In this document: positions 41,516 through 53,570 of the stretch, one piece after another | Numbering within the stretch: the stretch's first letter is position 1 | How the letters are laid out: each line of letters begins with the position of its first letter | Origin: an uncultured Hormoscilla sp. | GTDB lineage: Bacteria > Cyanobacteriota > Cyanobacteriia > Cyanobacteriales > Desertifilaceae | Length of the DNA stretch: 64,000 nucleotides | NCBI GenBank assembly: GCA_963921275.4 | Contig: OZ001293.3 | Location: forward strand, 3,072,001 to 3,136,000 | Reading direction: 5' to 3' | Notes under the pieces: generated by a model | What the model was told of the DNA's origin: nothing | What the model saw: the letters and a program-made list of their open reading frames with translations, nothing else | Databases searched by the model: none | Program-made: the position numbers and the translations under genes

Positions 41516-41656
41516 CAGATCCCAAAGTATCACTTGACTAGATGCGATCCGATTAGATCGCGCATGTCAAGTGATACTGCTGTCTAACAGAGTCACTTGA
41601 AGGGATGAGACATAAACCTGTAAAATCGGGGTACTGTAGCTGCATAGGTAATTTCT

Positions 41657-42763
41657 ATGAGTAATTCTTCCGATCCCGATCGACAGTCTTCTGGCAAAAA
41701 GCACCTCGATCTTGATGAGTGGGTGGCCATAATTGTGGCCTTATTAACTATAGGCACCATCTTCGCTTGGTCTATTAGGCCAAGGGGAGGAGGCTGGCGC
41801 TGGCCCTTCGCCTCAAAGGCTCCTCTGTCCCCATCAGCAACTCTGCCAGTTCCCATCTCCCCAGTAGACCCTCTAGTAACTCCTGGGGATATAGGAGACT
41901 CTACTCTAACTCCTGTATCCCCAGAAGACTCTGGGACAACTGAATCGACACTGGATGATGAGAAACCAGCATCATCAGTTTCCCCAGTTACGAAGATACC
42001 AGTACTGAGTCAAACTTCACCAGAAATAGGCTTACTACCAACCAAACGGCCCCAAACACCGGCGCCAACTGACTCAATAACCGATTCCACGGAAACACCG
42101 GCACCGACTGATTCAACAACTGAGTCGCCAGAAACACCGGCACCGACTGATTCAGATCGCGATCGAGGGGTGAAATTCAAAGATGTTCCAGATGACTTTT
42201 GGGCATTTCCTTTTATTACAGCTTTAGTTGAGCGTGACCTTTTTGATAGGGCGGCAGATACTGATATTTTCCAACCTAATGCACCGATGACCCGCGCTGA
42301 ATATGCCGTCGCCCTGCGAAAAGCCTTTAAACAAAATCCGACTCAGAATCAGTTGAATTTTCAGGATGTTCCAGGGGATTACCCAGTAGGTGAGCCCATT
42401 AAGAGAAGCACCGAAACGGGATTTTTAAGAGGCTATCCTGGACAAATATTCCGACCCAACCAACCCATTCCGCGAGTGCAGGTGATTGTCTCCCTAGCCA
42501 ATGGATTAGGATTGAAGGCCCCGTCTAATCCCAATCAAATCCTCCAGCGCTACCAGGATGCCAGTCGCCTACCGGCATATTCGGTCTCGGCGGTGGCAGC
42601 TGCAACCAAAGCGGGTCTTGTGGTTAACTATCCTAATCCCTCACGGCTTAATCCCAACCAAGTCGCTACTCGGGCTGATGTTGCTAGCTTGATTCATCGA
42701 GCCTTAGTTATCCAAGGAAAGGTGCCAGAAATTCCTTCCCAGTATATTGTTCAACCTGATTGA
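41657..42763 (+). CDS. Membrane-anchored SLH-domain protein
   Basis: N-terminal TM; Pro/Thr linker with TPAPTDS x3; three SLH repeats (FKDVPDDFWA, FRPNQPIPR, LNPNQVATRAD). Confidence 0.9.
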   Translation: MSNSSDPDRQSSGKKHLDLDEWVAIIVALLTIGTIFAWSIRPRGGGWRWPFASKAPLSPSATLPVPISPVDPLVTPGDIGDSTLTPVSPEDSGTTESTLDDEKPASSVSPVTKIPVLSQTSPEIGLLPTKRPQTPAPTDSITDSTETPAPTDSTTESPETPAPTDSDRDRGVKFKDVPDDFWAFPFITALVERDLFDRAADTDIFQPNAPMTRAEYAVALRKAFKQNPTQNQLNFQDVPGDYPVGEPIKRSTETGFLRGYPGQIFRPNQPIPRVQVIVSLANGLGLKAPSNPNQILQRYQDASRLPAYSVSAVAAATKAGLVVNYPNPSRLNPNQVATRADVASLIHRALVIQGKVPEIPSQYIVQPD

Positions 42764-43110
42764 TAGTATCAAACGGCGATGTCTCCCGGGTTTTCGCCGT
42801 GCGTCCGGGAGACATCGAACAACCCCCTTGTTGGGCTCTTCGGTCAGTATAACTTGACAAGACGATATCTAATATACGATCGCCCATGTCAAGTTATACT
42901 GCCCTCCGATGTGCTCTGCGCGGAGCACATTAATCGCACATCGATGACTGACTTGGGCGGTCCAGTCCCTAGGCGTTTCGATATCCCCAGAGGGGACGCG
43001 CTATTCGCACTACCCAGAGATATCGAGGGCCCGTCCCCATGCCCTCGCTGTGGGTCGGGCGCAGCCGGGGCCAGGACAGCGCTTCCAGGAGACACCGCAA
43101 GCCACGCAAC

Positions 43111-43584
43111 TTAGTCTTTTGGTTCTCTTCCACCCGTCACTTGATCTCCTAGGGCCTTGATATCCTCTATCAACTCCTTGCGAGTAGAGGCACGGGCTAA
43201 ATAGCGCCAAATAAACCAACCTGAGTACCCGAGCCCGATTACTTCAAAAAGCGGTGATAGCAGGGGAATATCATTAATAGCATTGATCGCTGCTAGGATT
43301 ACCTTAACTGCAACAAATGCCACCACAATCAGAACCAGCATGGTTATTGGTCCCTGGTATTTAGCAAAAAAATCGCCCAAGTAATCTAACTTACCCAAAT
43401 ACTCTAGCGCTTGCTGCCCATATTCCTTCCACGGCTGTTTGGCCCAGCCTACCGACTTGGGTTTACTGATTGAACCGGATGGTTCATCCACAAAATCGAT
43501 CGAGGTTTTCACATCGGGTTCGGCGGTGGGAGTTGTCGCCTCGGGCTCTTTAACTGGTCGATCTTTAGGTTCTGGATCTGCCAT
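43111..43584 (-). CDS. CAAD domain / CURT1-like thylakoid protein
   Basis: AINDIPLLSPLFEVIGLGYSGWFIWRYL..RKEL. Confidence 0.9.
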   Translation of the reverse strand: MADPEPKDRPVKEPEATTPTAEPDVKTSIDFVDEPSGSISKPKSVGWAKQPWKEYGQQALEYLGKLDYLGDFFAKYQGPITMLVLIVVAFVAVKVILAAINAINDIPLLSPLFEVIGLGYSGWFIWRYLARASTRKELIEDIKALGDQVTGGREPKD

Positions 43585-43974
43585 ATTGTTATCTCACTCA
43601 ATTACAACCTGTTTCTGGGGTGAATGGCGGGGAATGACGCCCCGGTGTCTCCTGGGTAGTGCGACTAGGGGTCGGGAGACACCGCTACTCAAACCATTCG
43701 TTAAATCAAAAACATACTTGACAGTAAAACAGAGCTGGATTATTTGCAAGCCTGGCTAATTACCATCAATTTTATGTTACAATAGCAACTTATCTCGACT
43801 TCCAAGGGCGGTGTCTCCTGGGTAGTGCGACTAGGGGTCGGGAAACACCGGAAGAATAAGGGTAGTGGTCAATATGCAGTGATTTGACTACAGTCTGCCC
43901 AGGGTTTCAGGTGCTAAAATCACTACTTGTACCCTCGCCTGACCCACTACCTAGACAAGCATGACTGGCTGCTG

Positions 43975-45006
43975 CTACTGGCTGCTGCTACTAGATTTGG
44001 CACTGACAATCCGTTGAGCCGTGACTTGATTTGGGCATGAACGGCCCTGCTCAAAGTCGGTGATGTTTGCGATCGTCGTCTCGGCAATCTTAGTCATGGC
44101 AGTTTCCGTGAAAAACGCCTGATGTCCGGTGATGAGCACATTGGGAAATGTCAGCAGCCGCCCAAATATATCGTCTTCAATTACGGTATCGGATAAATCC
44201 TCAAAAAATAAATCCTCTTCTTGCTCGTAGACATCTAAACCAAGATAGCCTATTTTACGGGATTTTAAGCCCTCAATCACCGCTTCAGTGTCAATCAATC
44301 CCCCGCGACTGGTGTTGATCAGCATTATCCCAGGCTTCATCTGGGTGATGGCTGACTTGTCGATCATATGGTACGTGGCAGGAACTAGGGGACAATGTAA
44401 AGTAATGATGTCCGAGGCCGGCAGTAGTGAGGGCAGGGAGACGTACTTAACACCTAGAGCTTCGCAATTGGGGTTATGTGCTACATCATAGGCTAGCAGC
44501 TGGCAGCCGAATCCTGTCAGAATTTGCGCCATGACCTCCCCAATTTTACCCGTCCCAACGATCCCGACTGTAGACCCGTGCAAATCAAACCCCAACAAAC
44601 CATTGATGGAAAAATTACCTTCCCGCACTCGTGCATGGGCGCGGTGAATTTTACGGTTCAGAGTCATGATTAGCCCGATCGCGTGTTCGGCAACGGCATA
44701 GGGCGAATAAGCGGGGACGCGCACCACTGTCATCCCTAACTCGGCGGCGGCCTTCATGTCTACGTTGTTAAACCCAGCACAGCGCAAGGCAATCAGGCGG
44801 ACGCCGGAGTCAGCTATTTTCTTTAAGGTCGTCTCATTGAGATTGTCGTTGACGAAGACGCAAACAGCTGCAAACCCTGATGCCAGCACAGTTGTTTCCG
44901 GCCCCATACGTGCTTCAAAAAATACCAGTTCATGTCCCTGGGATAAGCTTGCTGCCTCTAAAAATCGCCGATCGTAGGGTTTGGTGCTGAATACAGCCAC
45001 CTGCAT
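43975..45006 (-). CDS. ldhA: D-lactate / D-2-hydroxyacid dehydrogenase
   Basis: [39 protein letters not shown]. Confidence 0.92.
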   Translation of the reverse strand: MQVAVFSTKPYDRRFLEAASLSQGHELVFFEARMGPETTVLASGFAAVCVFVNDNLNETTLKKIADSGVRLIALRCAGFNNVDMKAAAELGMTVVRVPAYSPYAVAEHAIGLIMTLNRKIHRAHARVREGNFSINGLLGFDLHGSTVGIVGTGKIGEVMAQILTGFGCQLLAYDVAHNPNCEALGVKYVSLPSLLPASDIITLHCPLVPATYHMIDKSAITQMKPGIMLINTSRGGLIDTEAVIEGLKSRKIGYLGLDVYEQEEDLFFEDLSDTVIEDDIFGRLLTFPNVLITGHQAFFTETAMTKIAETTIANITDFEQGRSCPNQVTAQRIVSAKSSSSSQ

Positions 45007-45102
45007 AAATTTAACCTCCGTGAGTTTTGGCACTAGGCTGGGACGCACCCCTGGGATCCGTCGGGGTGCGTTTTGATGATGGGCAATTAACCTGACTTTA
45101 TC

Positions 45103-45465
45103 TTACTGAGCAATTTGGCGCTCGATGGGTGCTGCTTGTGCTGGAGTCTGCATTCTCTGTAACTGCTGCCTGCGAAATTCTGCTGCTACGTCATTGATTT
45201 GTTGGCGCTGTTGAGTCCTGAACTGATTCATGTTCATACCATTATTCAACCGCGCCCGGTGGATCAGATCGTAGACACTACTGGCATTGCTCGAACCGGA
45301 GAAGGGGTCGGAACTGCCATCGGTGGTGCGTAAGTCCTCTAAAGGATCGATCTTAGTAGCTTGCGATCGCCCTGGCATGGGCAATAATAGGGATGCTGTT
45401 GACAGTCCAGCCAGCAGACTCAGTGCTAGACGGGTGTAAGGTTTCATTGATGTTGGTGCTCTCAT
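45103..45465 (-). CDS. Secreted hypothetical protein
   Basis: Signal peptide; DLIHRA..FRRQQ. Confidence 0.7.
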   Translation of the reverse strand: MRAPTSMKPYTRLALSLLAGLSTASLLLPMPGRSQATKIDPLEDLRTTDGSSDPFSGSSNASSVYDLIHRARLNNGMNMNQFRTQQRQQINDVAAEFRRQQLQRMQTPAQAAPIERQIAQ

Positions 45466-45496
45466 TTTTCTTCCTCTGGTAACAGTAAGGTAAGCT

Positions 45497-46387
45497 TCAA
45501 GACAAGGTCCGACGCAGCAGGGGTTGAATGCCTAGTAGGGCTACGCCATCGAACAAGAGCAGAACTAATAGCGCTCCACCAAAGGTGACATCACCCCAAG
45601 GTGCTGACATGACAATGTTACTCAATCCCCAGTCACTGTGCAGATATAGATAACGAATGGGCTCGATCGCGTAACTCAGGGGATTGAGAGTGACAACTAC
45701 TTGTAACCAGTTGGGCATGAAGGATAGGGGGGCCAGGGCTGTGCTTGCGAACAACAGGGGCAAATTCGTAACAAAAATCACGGCTATCAGTTCTATGTGA
45801 CCCGGTAACGCAAAGGCTAGCCCCAAGCTTAAGCCTGTTACGCCCAATACTAATAAGAGAACAATCAGGGCGATCGTCCCTATACCTAGTAAATCTGGCA
45901 GGCCAGCACCCAGGAAAGCTCCCGCTGCGACAATTACTGCGGCTTGGATCAAACTCAGGGTAACGATATATATTGCCGATGCCAGGACAATGGAGAACCG
46001 GGAAGCTAACGGCGCTACCAGTAACCGGTTCAGGAAGCCAAATTCCCGATCGAACATCACTGGCAATCCGGCATTCAGAGCACCGGCGAAGGCTGTAAAC
46101 ACGATCACGCCAGCACCCAGAAACTGTTCGTAACTAACGATTTCTCCAAATAAGCCTTTGGGAGCATTTTGAAACAATGCGCCGAACAAAATTAACCACA
46201 TCAAAGGTTGAATAATGCCAGCGATCAGGGTTGAGGAACGACGTTGCAGCTGGATAAACAGGCGCTTGGTTAAAGCTAGGGTTTCTTGAGTTACTTCGCC
46301 GAAGCTGAACCCGGCCTTGATATTTTTTGCAGTTGCTGCGGACTGGATCTTTAAGTCTGGTTTTTCAGGGGTAACAGTGCTACTCAT
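45497..46387 (-). CDS. ABC-2 permease (Ycf38-like)
   Basis: MFDREFGFLNRLLVAP, NPLSYAIE. Confidence 0.9.
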   Translation of the reverse strand: MSSTVTPEKPDLKIQSAATAKNIKAGFSFGEVTQETLALTKRLFIQLQRRSSTLIAGIIQPLMWLILFGALFQNAPKGLFGEIVSYEQFLGAGVIVFTAFAGALNAGLPVMFDREFGFLNRLLVAPLASRFSIVLASAIYIVTLSLIQAAVIVAAGAFLGAGLPDLLGIGTIALIVLLLVLGVTGLSLGLAFALPGHIELIAVIFVTNLPLLFASTALAPLSFMPNWLQVVVTLNPLSYAIEPIRYLYLHSDWGLSNIVMSAPWGDVTFGGALLVLLLFDGVALLGIQPLLRRTLS

Positions 46388-46459
46388 CTTGGAATTTGGG
46401 ATGTTATATACTTCGATTTTTCTGCGGCAGGCGGGGACTACGCGGCAGGCGGGTAGGTT

Positions 46460-47479
46460 TTATCGCATATTCTGCTTTTTTTCTTTCTTCAGATCGCGGG
46501 TGCCTGCTGCTGCCAGTTCAGCATCGTTAATGGTTTGACCTGTGGCAGCGAGGTAAACATCATCTAAACTAGGGCGAGATTGAGCAATGCCAAAAGTGGG
46601 TAAACCAGCATCCTGCAATGCTTTCTGTACAGTCATCAAGGCGTCACTTTGCGGAGTTACCACTAAGTTCAGAGAGTTGCCTTGAGCCGTATTAATGATT
46701 GCCGACTGTACCATTGGTAGAGTAGAGAGCATCTGTTTGGCTTTTTCTGCTTCTTCGGCAGGGGAAAATTCCCGAATGCGCAGGGTGATGCGATCGCCTC
46801 CCACCCGGTCTTTCAATTGGGAGGGCGTCCCGGAGGCTATTACCACACCTTTATCTACGATCGCCACGCGGTCAGCTAAAGCGTCAACTTCTTCTAGATA
46901 ATGGCTGGTAATCAACACCGTTGTCCCATCCGATCGCAGTTTACGCAAAAAATTCCATACCGCCATCCTGCTTTCGATATCCAGTCCCACTGTCGGTTCA
47001 TCTAAAACCAGGACATCTGGTTTATGCAGTAGTCCTGCTGCTAAATCTAAGCGCTTCCGCAAACCGCCCGAGTAGGTGCCTGTCTTTTGATTAGCATACT
47101 CTTGCAGACCTAGCAAGTTGAGGGCAAAATTAATCCGTTCTGGAATAATTTTGCGGGGCAGATGGTAAAGTGCTGCTTGTAATTCTAGCAGTTCTCGTCC
47201 TGTGAGCACCTTATCCAGAGCCACTTCCTGCGCTACATAGCCCAGGAGTTGTCTCGCGACTTTGGGGTTGTCGAGAACCGAGATGCCTGATACTTCAATT
47301 AAGCCACTGTCGGGGGTGCTTAAGGTGCAAAGACAGCGCAAAGTTGTGGTTTTGCCCGCGCCATTGGGACCGAGGAGCCCAAATATCTCTCCCGGTTCTA
47401 CTTTTAGGGTAACGTCTTTCACCGCTGTCACGCTGCCGTAACGCTTTTGCAGATTTTCGATTAAAACAGCTGGAGCCAT
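46460..47479 (-). CDS. ABC transporter ATP-binding protein (DrrA-like)
   Basis: GPNGAGKT, YSGG, LDEPT. Confidence 0.92.
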   Translation of the reverse strand: MAPAVLIENLQKRYGSVTAVKDVTLKVEPGEIFGLLGPNGAGKTTTLRCLCTLSTPDSGLIEVSGISVLDNPKVARQLLGYVAQEVALDKVLTGRELLELQAALYHLPRKIIPERINFALNLLGLQEYANQKTGTYSGGLRKRLDLAAGLLHKPDVLVLDEPTVGLDIESRMAVWNFLRKLRSDGTTVLITSHYLEEVDALADRVAIVDKGVVIASGTPSQLKDRVGGDRITLRIREFSPAEEAEKAKQMLSTLPMVQSAIINTAQGNSLNLVVTPQSDALMTVQKALQDAGLPTFGIAQSRPSLDDVYLAATGQTINDAELAAAGTRDLKKEKKQNMR

Positions 47480-47689
47480 TGGTCTGGTGTCCTTTGGGGA
47501 TGCTACATAAATCTTAACATGCTTTTTCTCTATTGTAGGAGGTTGCCATATTTTATATATTTGACATTATTTGACTATTCTATTATGTTTAGTGGGCGAT
47601 CGCCCCAATAATAACACACATATCTAGGAATTTGTCAAGGTTCGCCTGGGGAAAGGCAAAGAAGGTGGGCCTTGCCCATCCTACATTTA

Positions 47690-50600
47690 CTATTCTTTTA
47701 CAACTTCTAGTAACCACTCTTTGATCTGGCTTCTTTCTTCTGAAGATGCTCCCGAAATATTCAACAGCTTCGGAAGCAGCGATCGCCTCTGCTCGAAATT
47801 TTTCTTAATTTGAGGATAGGATGGTAATTTGCCATCCACTGCCAGATGAGTTTCTGGCAAGATTCTGACTCGATCTCATATTTCTTGACTGAGAGTCACT
47901 CCAGTAGTATGCCATGCAACACACTGACTCAAACACGAGAGCAAGCATATAGTTTCTCTAGGATCTGTTCTGCGATCGTCTAGCTTATTGAGAACCAGTT
48001 GAGCAGCTTGCTCAACATCTGTTTGCTTAGCTTGCCATCTTTCTGGTTGACCTAGACTTATTAGCCTTCCTAAAGCCCACGCTGCTTTCATTCGTTGTCC
48101 TAAATGTTGACCATTTGCGATCGCATCATATAGAAAATTCAAGGTTGTTGGAGAAGGCTGTCCGCATTTTCCCAGAGAATTGATAAATGATTGGGATCTT
48201 TTTTGATGTTTGTCGGAATTAAATGCTTTGATTATCTCTAAATCAAAACCATGCCAAAACAATTTACCCGGCGTTTGTGCCAGTGTTTCATATAAAGCCT
48301 GTTTTGATTTATTCATTGTTGATAAGTCACTCGTAAGCTTACTCTTAATCCACTGCTGAAACCTTTTTTCCAAATTATTCGCGTCTGTCGAGTCAATTGA
48401 CTGAAAAATTGTGCTTAAAGCCATCGCCGCTAGTAAAGCTTTAGTCTCGCTCAATGAATTAACCATACCACTCATATCTAGCCATCTGAGCAGTTCGCCG
48501 ATAATAGAAAGACGGTTTTTGGCTATAGCCGTTGTTTGTTCAAGTTTTCTGCGTTCTTGATGCACCTCCTTCTTGATAGTATTACTTGTATCACTATTGA
48601 AGCTGTTTGCAAGTGCTTCCCACTGATTAAAATTTACTCGGACTATTTCAGTAATGGGCTTCCCTTTTCTGAGTCTGGGAATAGAGAAAATAGATATTTT
48701 TTTAATCGCCTGACGCGAAACAATAGATGGAGGCTTATCTAAACCCCCAGGAGATGCCACCTCTAGCTTAAATCGCGCCTCACTACTTTCTTTGGGCGTG
48801 AGTGTCAGCAAAAGCCGTTCGTCAAAAGTGTATTCTACTTCAAGATTGAGAGTACAATTGGGTGGTAGGTTGGCGGCATTAATCTCCTCAATAGCAACTT
48901 GACGTAGCCTTTGCAGTGTAGTATTATGGTTGGGCTTCGTTCCCATTCCCACCCAAACCTTAAAGCTCAAATAGCCACTGCTCGTATCGGGTAACTTTAA
49001 TCCTGATAATACAGTTCTGTAGGGGTATTTTTGCCCTTGGGCTACCAGCAAACGTAGGGATCTTTTACCTTCGAGTACCTCAAGATAAATGTTGGTCGGA
49101 TTTACCCTTTGAGTTGACTTGAGTACACCTGCTGCATAGAGCGCTGCTCCCCTGGCTACTGCCCGATCGGGGTTATGACCATCTATGATGGGCACATCTC
49201 CAAATAAGCTTTGCAGGCGATCGCGTACCAGTGGGAAATAAGTCATGCCACCATTTAAGAGCACTGCATCGATTTTCGGGATTTCACCGCTGCTTTGCTT
49301 GGCCTTGAGGATAACTTCCAGCACCGGCACGATAAAGGTGTTAAGTCGATCCGTAAATGGAGGTTCATCGAAAGCCTTTTGCGGATCCAAGGCCGTTCCA
49401 GAGGCTAACGTTAGCTCTTCACAGAGTAGAGGTGAGATAATTTCTGCCATCTGAGATTTACTGATGTAGTATCTGATGGGAAATTGTCCCTCTAACAATA
49501 TTGGTTGAAAGAGGTACTTGAAATTCTCCTTATCCCCGGTACTACCATATTCAGCGCCCCACATCTTCTTAAACTTCTCAGAAAAAATTAGCAGTTCGTA
49601 GGCCAGTTTTTGACCATCGGCTTCAGAGAGATTTTTACATGCAGACCAATTATCTAATATATAATTGGCAATTAGCCGATCTATAGTATCTCCTCCTACC
49701 CGGGTACGGGAGCAAATTGCTAAATCATCAATGATAAAATAGTTAGCCGATTGATCCCACAGTACATTGTGCAGGGTGACATCTAAGGTGCCGCCACCCA
49801 AGTCATAGACCAGGATATTAGATGGCTGCATCACATCGAACAAAGGTGTCAGTTCGCCCTTCTGCACGCGATGCAAGTAATCATATAAAGCCGCTTGAGG
49901 TTCTGGGAGTAATACAACTTCCTCCTCTTGCCATCCCGCTAGCACTGCTGCTTTGCGAGTCGCTTCAATGGCATCTGATTCATAGGAAGCAGGATGCGTT
50001 ATCACTGCACCCTGCACTGAACCATACTTCTGGATTAGCTTATCTCGACAGAAAGCTAGTACCTTAGCAGCCGCTTCTTCAGGAAAAATTGTTCCCTCCG
50101 TCAGATCGTAAGCAAACTGCTTGCCATTGGTCGATCGGCCCATGTCATGTTTCCAGGCCAGAATAGTCTGGTCGCGAAAAGCATAAGCCTGAGCTTTAAC
50201 ATATCCCCCTACCTCTGCTTCAGTTTGTCCCTTGAAGCGGACCGCAGAAGGAATGATATCATTGGTAACTAAACCCTGTTCTTCCCTAATCGAAACACCA
50301 ACTGCTGCCGCAGTCCATTGCTTCGTCATCAGATTGACATTCGCCAGAGCCATGACTGTATTCGTAGTTCCCAAGTCAATCCCTACATAGGTAGGTCGCA
50401 TGACTTCTTTGAGAGGTTCTACATAATCAGCCACCTCCCGCAATCTATTACCGATCCGATCGCCAATGACTAGGGTTTCGATCCCTTTGCGTTTTAACCT
50501 CCCAAACAAACTAGCATAACCATTGTCATTACTGACAACAGCAATCATTGAGACCTGATAATCTGCATTACCAGTAATTTCATCAGCCGTGCGCTCGATC

Positions 50601-50827
50601 AGTCGATCGACCTCTTGAGACACGGGTTTGAGTCCAGGAGTCAACTCAAAGCGATAGCCAAACTCGCGAAAAGCTCCACCATAAGCGGTAAGTACCGACG
50701 GCGTATTAGAGAAAGCCCGGCGAACTACAAGTTGTCCATGTTTCTCATGATGAGTTTGACAAATTCTTTCTATATCAGCCAGTTTCGGCTTGATATTATC
50801 CAAATCAAGTAAGACAGCAATACTCAT
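47690..50827 (-). CDS. NYN (LabA/DUF88) nuclease domain-Hsp70 ATPase-helical domain fusion; TGA at 47876-47878 is followed by 61 more open codons
   Basis: IAVLLDLDN..VD..VSNDNGY..G.ETLVIG..LREVAD; GIDLGTTN, AVITHPA, EPQAA, YDLGGGTLD, NGGMT, AVARGAALYA. Confidence 0.85.
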
Positions 50828-50852
50828 AATTTTCCTCCCTTCTAGTTTCCGC

Positions 50853-52700
50853 TTATTCCGTAACTTCCTTCACCCGAGCTGGCGTAATGACTTCTTCACC
50901 CACACGCCATCCCGGATGAATACAACGTACTACTTTTTTATCTTCTGAGTTAGCAAAAGCGGAGCCCTCAACATAAGCATATGCGGACAACTGCTCGCTC
51001 TGCAATTCAAAAACTTGATCCTCCTGGGCTGGATATCGTGTCACATTAAGTGAATTTAATGCTTGCAACAAATTTTCTAAAGCAATCAAAATGCCCAGAG
51101 AGTCGCTGGGAGACAAAGATAACTCCGAGTTTGACTCTGACATTTTATTTAACCGTTGGTACAGGAGCATAATTTGATCCAAAACTGGTTGATCCTGTTT
51201 CTGAAGAGTTGTGACCAATTGACAAACCGCTGATTGGAGTGCTTGAGAACGAATTTCTGACAGCTCTTTTTTCAATTTTTCATTTTCCTGCTGCAAAAGT
51301 TCCACTTGATTTGTGAGGTTAGCTTCAGTCTCTCCTAACTCCCAAACTAAATTCTGAGCGGCTTCCTCCTTAATTGCCGTCGGCGTGATGTTAAATTATT
51401 TTTGCAGTTGCAATCCTAACTCACCGAGAGACCAAGAAGCCCCCCACTTTAATAATGTTTTATAGCCATGAGATGAGTTAAGCAGATCGCGTACCTTTTG
51501 ATCTACTACTGAGGGAAGTTCCGCTAAAAATAAAAATGTTCTCTCTTGGGAATTTTTGAAATAGTCAATTACCTCACAAAACTCACTCAGCTTAGTCAAA
51601 TCCCGGTTTTCCGAATCCGCAGAATCCGCAAAAGCATATTCTGCTAGTTCGACAAACTTACTCAGATTTGCCTGAAGTTGCTGTCTAACTGTCTGGGGAG
51701 ACTCGCTATACTTTCTTGACAGGTAAAAAAAGAATTTTTCTGCCGTATCGTACTCAACTGAATCAAATTTTCGGTTAAGTATTTCCTTCCAGCTATCCCC
51801 TTCTTTCACAACTCTTACACATTTATGGTGAATAGGAGCAATAGCTTCCTGTCTTTCTTTATACTTCTGACTTTGCGGCACAAATCCCCTGTAGGAATAA
51901 TTGAGAAAATTCACTAATCTTCTCCAAGGAGATGATGCTAACTCCTTCTTCAAGAGTTCCACTTGCCGGTTGGCTTTCGTCTCTCCTAAATCCTGAACTT
52001 TCTTTATCTTGATATCCTTATTCACTTCCTTCTTTTCCTGCTTAACTTCCTTACGCGCGATCCCCAATCTCTCTTCCAGTTGCCATCCGAATTCATTCAG
52101 AAAGGGAGAAGCTCCCCACTGTAATAATGCTTGATATCCTGCCGATGAGTTAAGCATCTCCCGGTCCTTTTGCTCCAGAACGGAGGGAAGTTCTGACAAA
52201 AACCAATATGTTTTCTCTCGCGACTTTTTGAAATAGTCTATTACCTCACCCAACTCACTCAGCTTGGTCAAATCCCGGTTTTCCGAATCTGCCAAAGCAT
52301 ATTCTGCTAGTTCCACAAACTGACTCAGTTTTGCTTGCATTTGCTCTCTAACTTCCTGGGGAGACTCGCTGCTTGACAGGTCATCAAAGAATTTTTTGGC
52401 CGCCTCGTACTCAACTGAATCAAAATTTTGGTTAAGTATTTCCTCCCAGCTATCCCCTTCCTTCACAACTCTTACACATTTATGGTGAATAGGAGCAATA
52501 GCTTCCTGTCTTTCTTGATCTTTCTGGCTTTTCGGCATAATTTTTCTGTAGAAATCATTGAGACAATTCACTAATCTTCCCCAAGGGGATGCTGCCAACT
52601 CTTCTGGGGAAAATCCTGGTTGAACTGGTTTGTTTTTCTCTGGACGTGCCAATGCCTTATTTTCTGATGTCTTTTTCGGTTTTGGTTTTTCTGTCTTCAT
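50853..52700 (-). pseudogene. Protein with two ~205-aa tandem repeats and a C-terminal GrpE-like domain, split by one in-frame TAA (51396-51398)
   Basis: The two ORFs are in the same frame with 30 open codons between them; C-terminus VVRCIHPGWRVGEEVITPARVKE. Confidence 0.75.
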
Positions 52701-52744
52701 TGCTATTGCTTATACGGATTGCGTTGTGCTGCGCGGATGTGCCG

Positions 52745-52828
52745 ATGACTCTCGGAAGGTCATCTGTGACTCCGGGAGGGTCAGATCGTGACTCTCGGAA
52801 GGTCATCTGTGACTCCGGGAGGGTCATT
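52745..52828. repeat. Array of four ~21-bp hairpins (43-bp unit x2)
   Basis: TGACTCTCGGAAGGTCATCTGTGACTCCGGGAGGGTCA x2. Confidence 0.85.
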
Positions 52829-52831
52829 TAA

Positions 52832-53090
52832 CAATAGTCCGGACAGTTTTTGGGTAAACGGCTGAAACTGGCATTCTACCGTTGGTGAGTGAGAGCGTCA
52901 AATAATTCATGACGAATCTCTCTTAAAAGTAGGAATAGTTTAGCTTTTCGTATCCGTTTGGCCACTTGCCGCTCCGAAGATGAAAGTTCAATTGGGGGAT
53001 TCCAGGGGACTGGACGCATATGTCTACTCCTGTTTACATTTTTACAGGTTTTTATATTATACACACATTTTCGGTTTTTTGTCAACCCCC
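52832..53090 (-). mobile_element. IS1182-like transposase N-terminal fragment next to a CAATAGTCCGGACAG end
   Basis: MRPVPWNPPIELS..RIRKAKLFLLLREIRHELFD. Confidence 0.6.
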
Positions 53091-53099
53091 TCTACTGGA

Positions 53100-53303
53100 C
53101 CGACGCTCTAGCATTTCAATTATCGTCCGGGCTGAGTTGAGGGCGTTTCTGCCGGCTATCTGAGATTTTACCGACTCGGACAGGGTCTTGCCGTAGCGAT
53201 GGGCGATCGCCTGATAGACTTGAGCGTAAATAGGTTGTTCGGTATCTAGCAGCAGACCATCTAGATCGTAAATGATGTGAGTAATTTTTTTGAAGTCAGG
53301 CAT
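53100..53303 (-). pseudogene. HAD-family hydrolase N-terminal fragment
   Basis: IIYDLDGLLLDTE. Confidence 0.8.
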
Positions 53304-53570
53304 GGGCAGATGTCAGGTAAATCAGGTTTCTGGTAATTGTAAGCTAAAAGACCAGCCCTGTTGCTTGAAGCCCAAAGATTCGTAAACAGCATGGGCCCTC
53401 GCGCGTTTTAGACTAGAAGCAAAAGTCCGCCTGCTGCAAGCATATTCACTATCAATGCATCAGGGGCGACATGAGCCTTCAAACCCTTGCTATATAAGGC
53501 TTTGAGACGAATAAACCCGGGAACTCCTCTGTTATCGGGTTTCGTAATCTTTTGTGGAGATGCTTCCAAC

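Noticed and set aside
47876..51398. Stop-codon reassignment as the explanation for in-frame stops
   Set aside because: Different stops are involved (TGA, TAA), and intact genes here terminate normally with TAA, TGA and TAG.
52745..52828. Mini-CRISPR
   Set aside because: No unique spacers; it is a pure tandem duplication.
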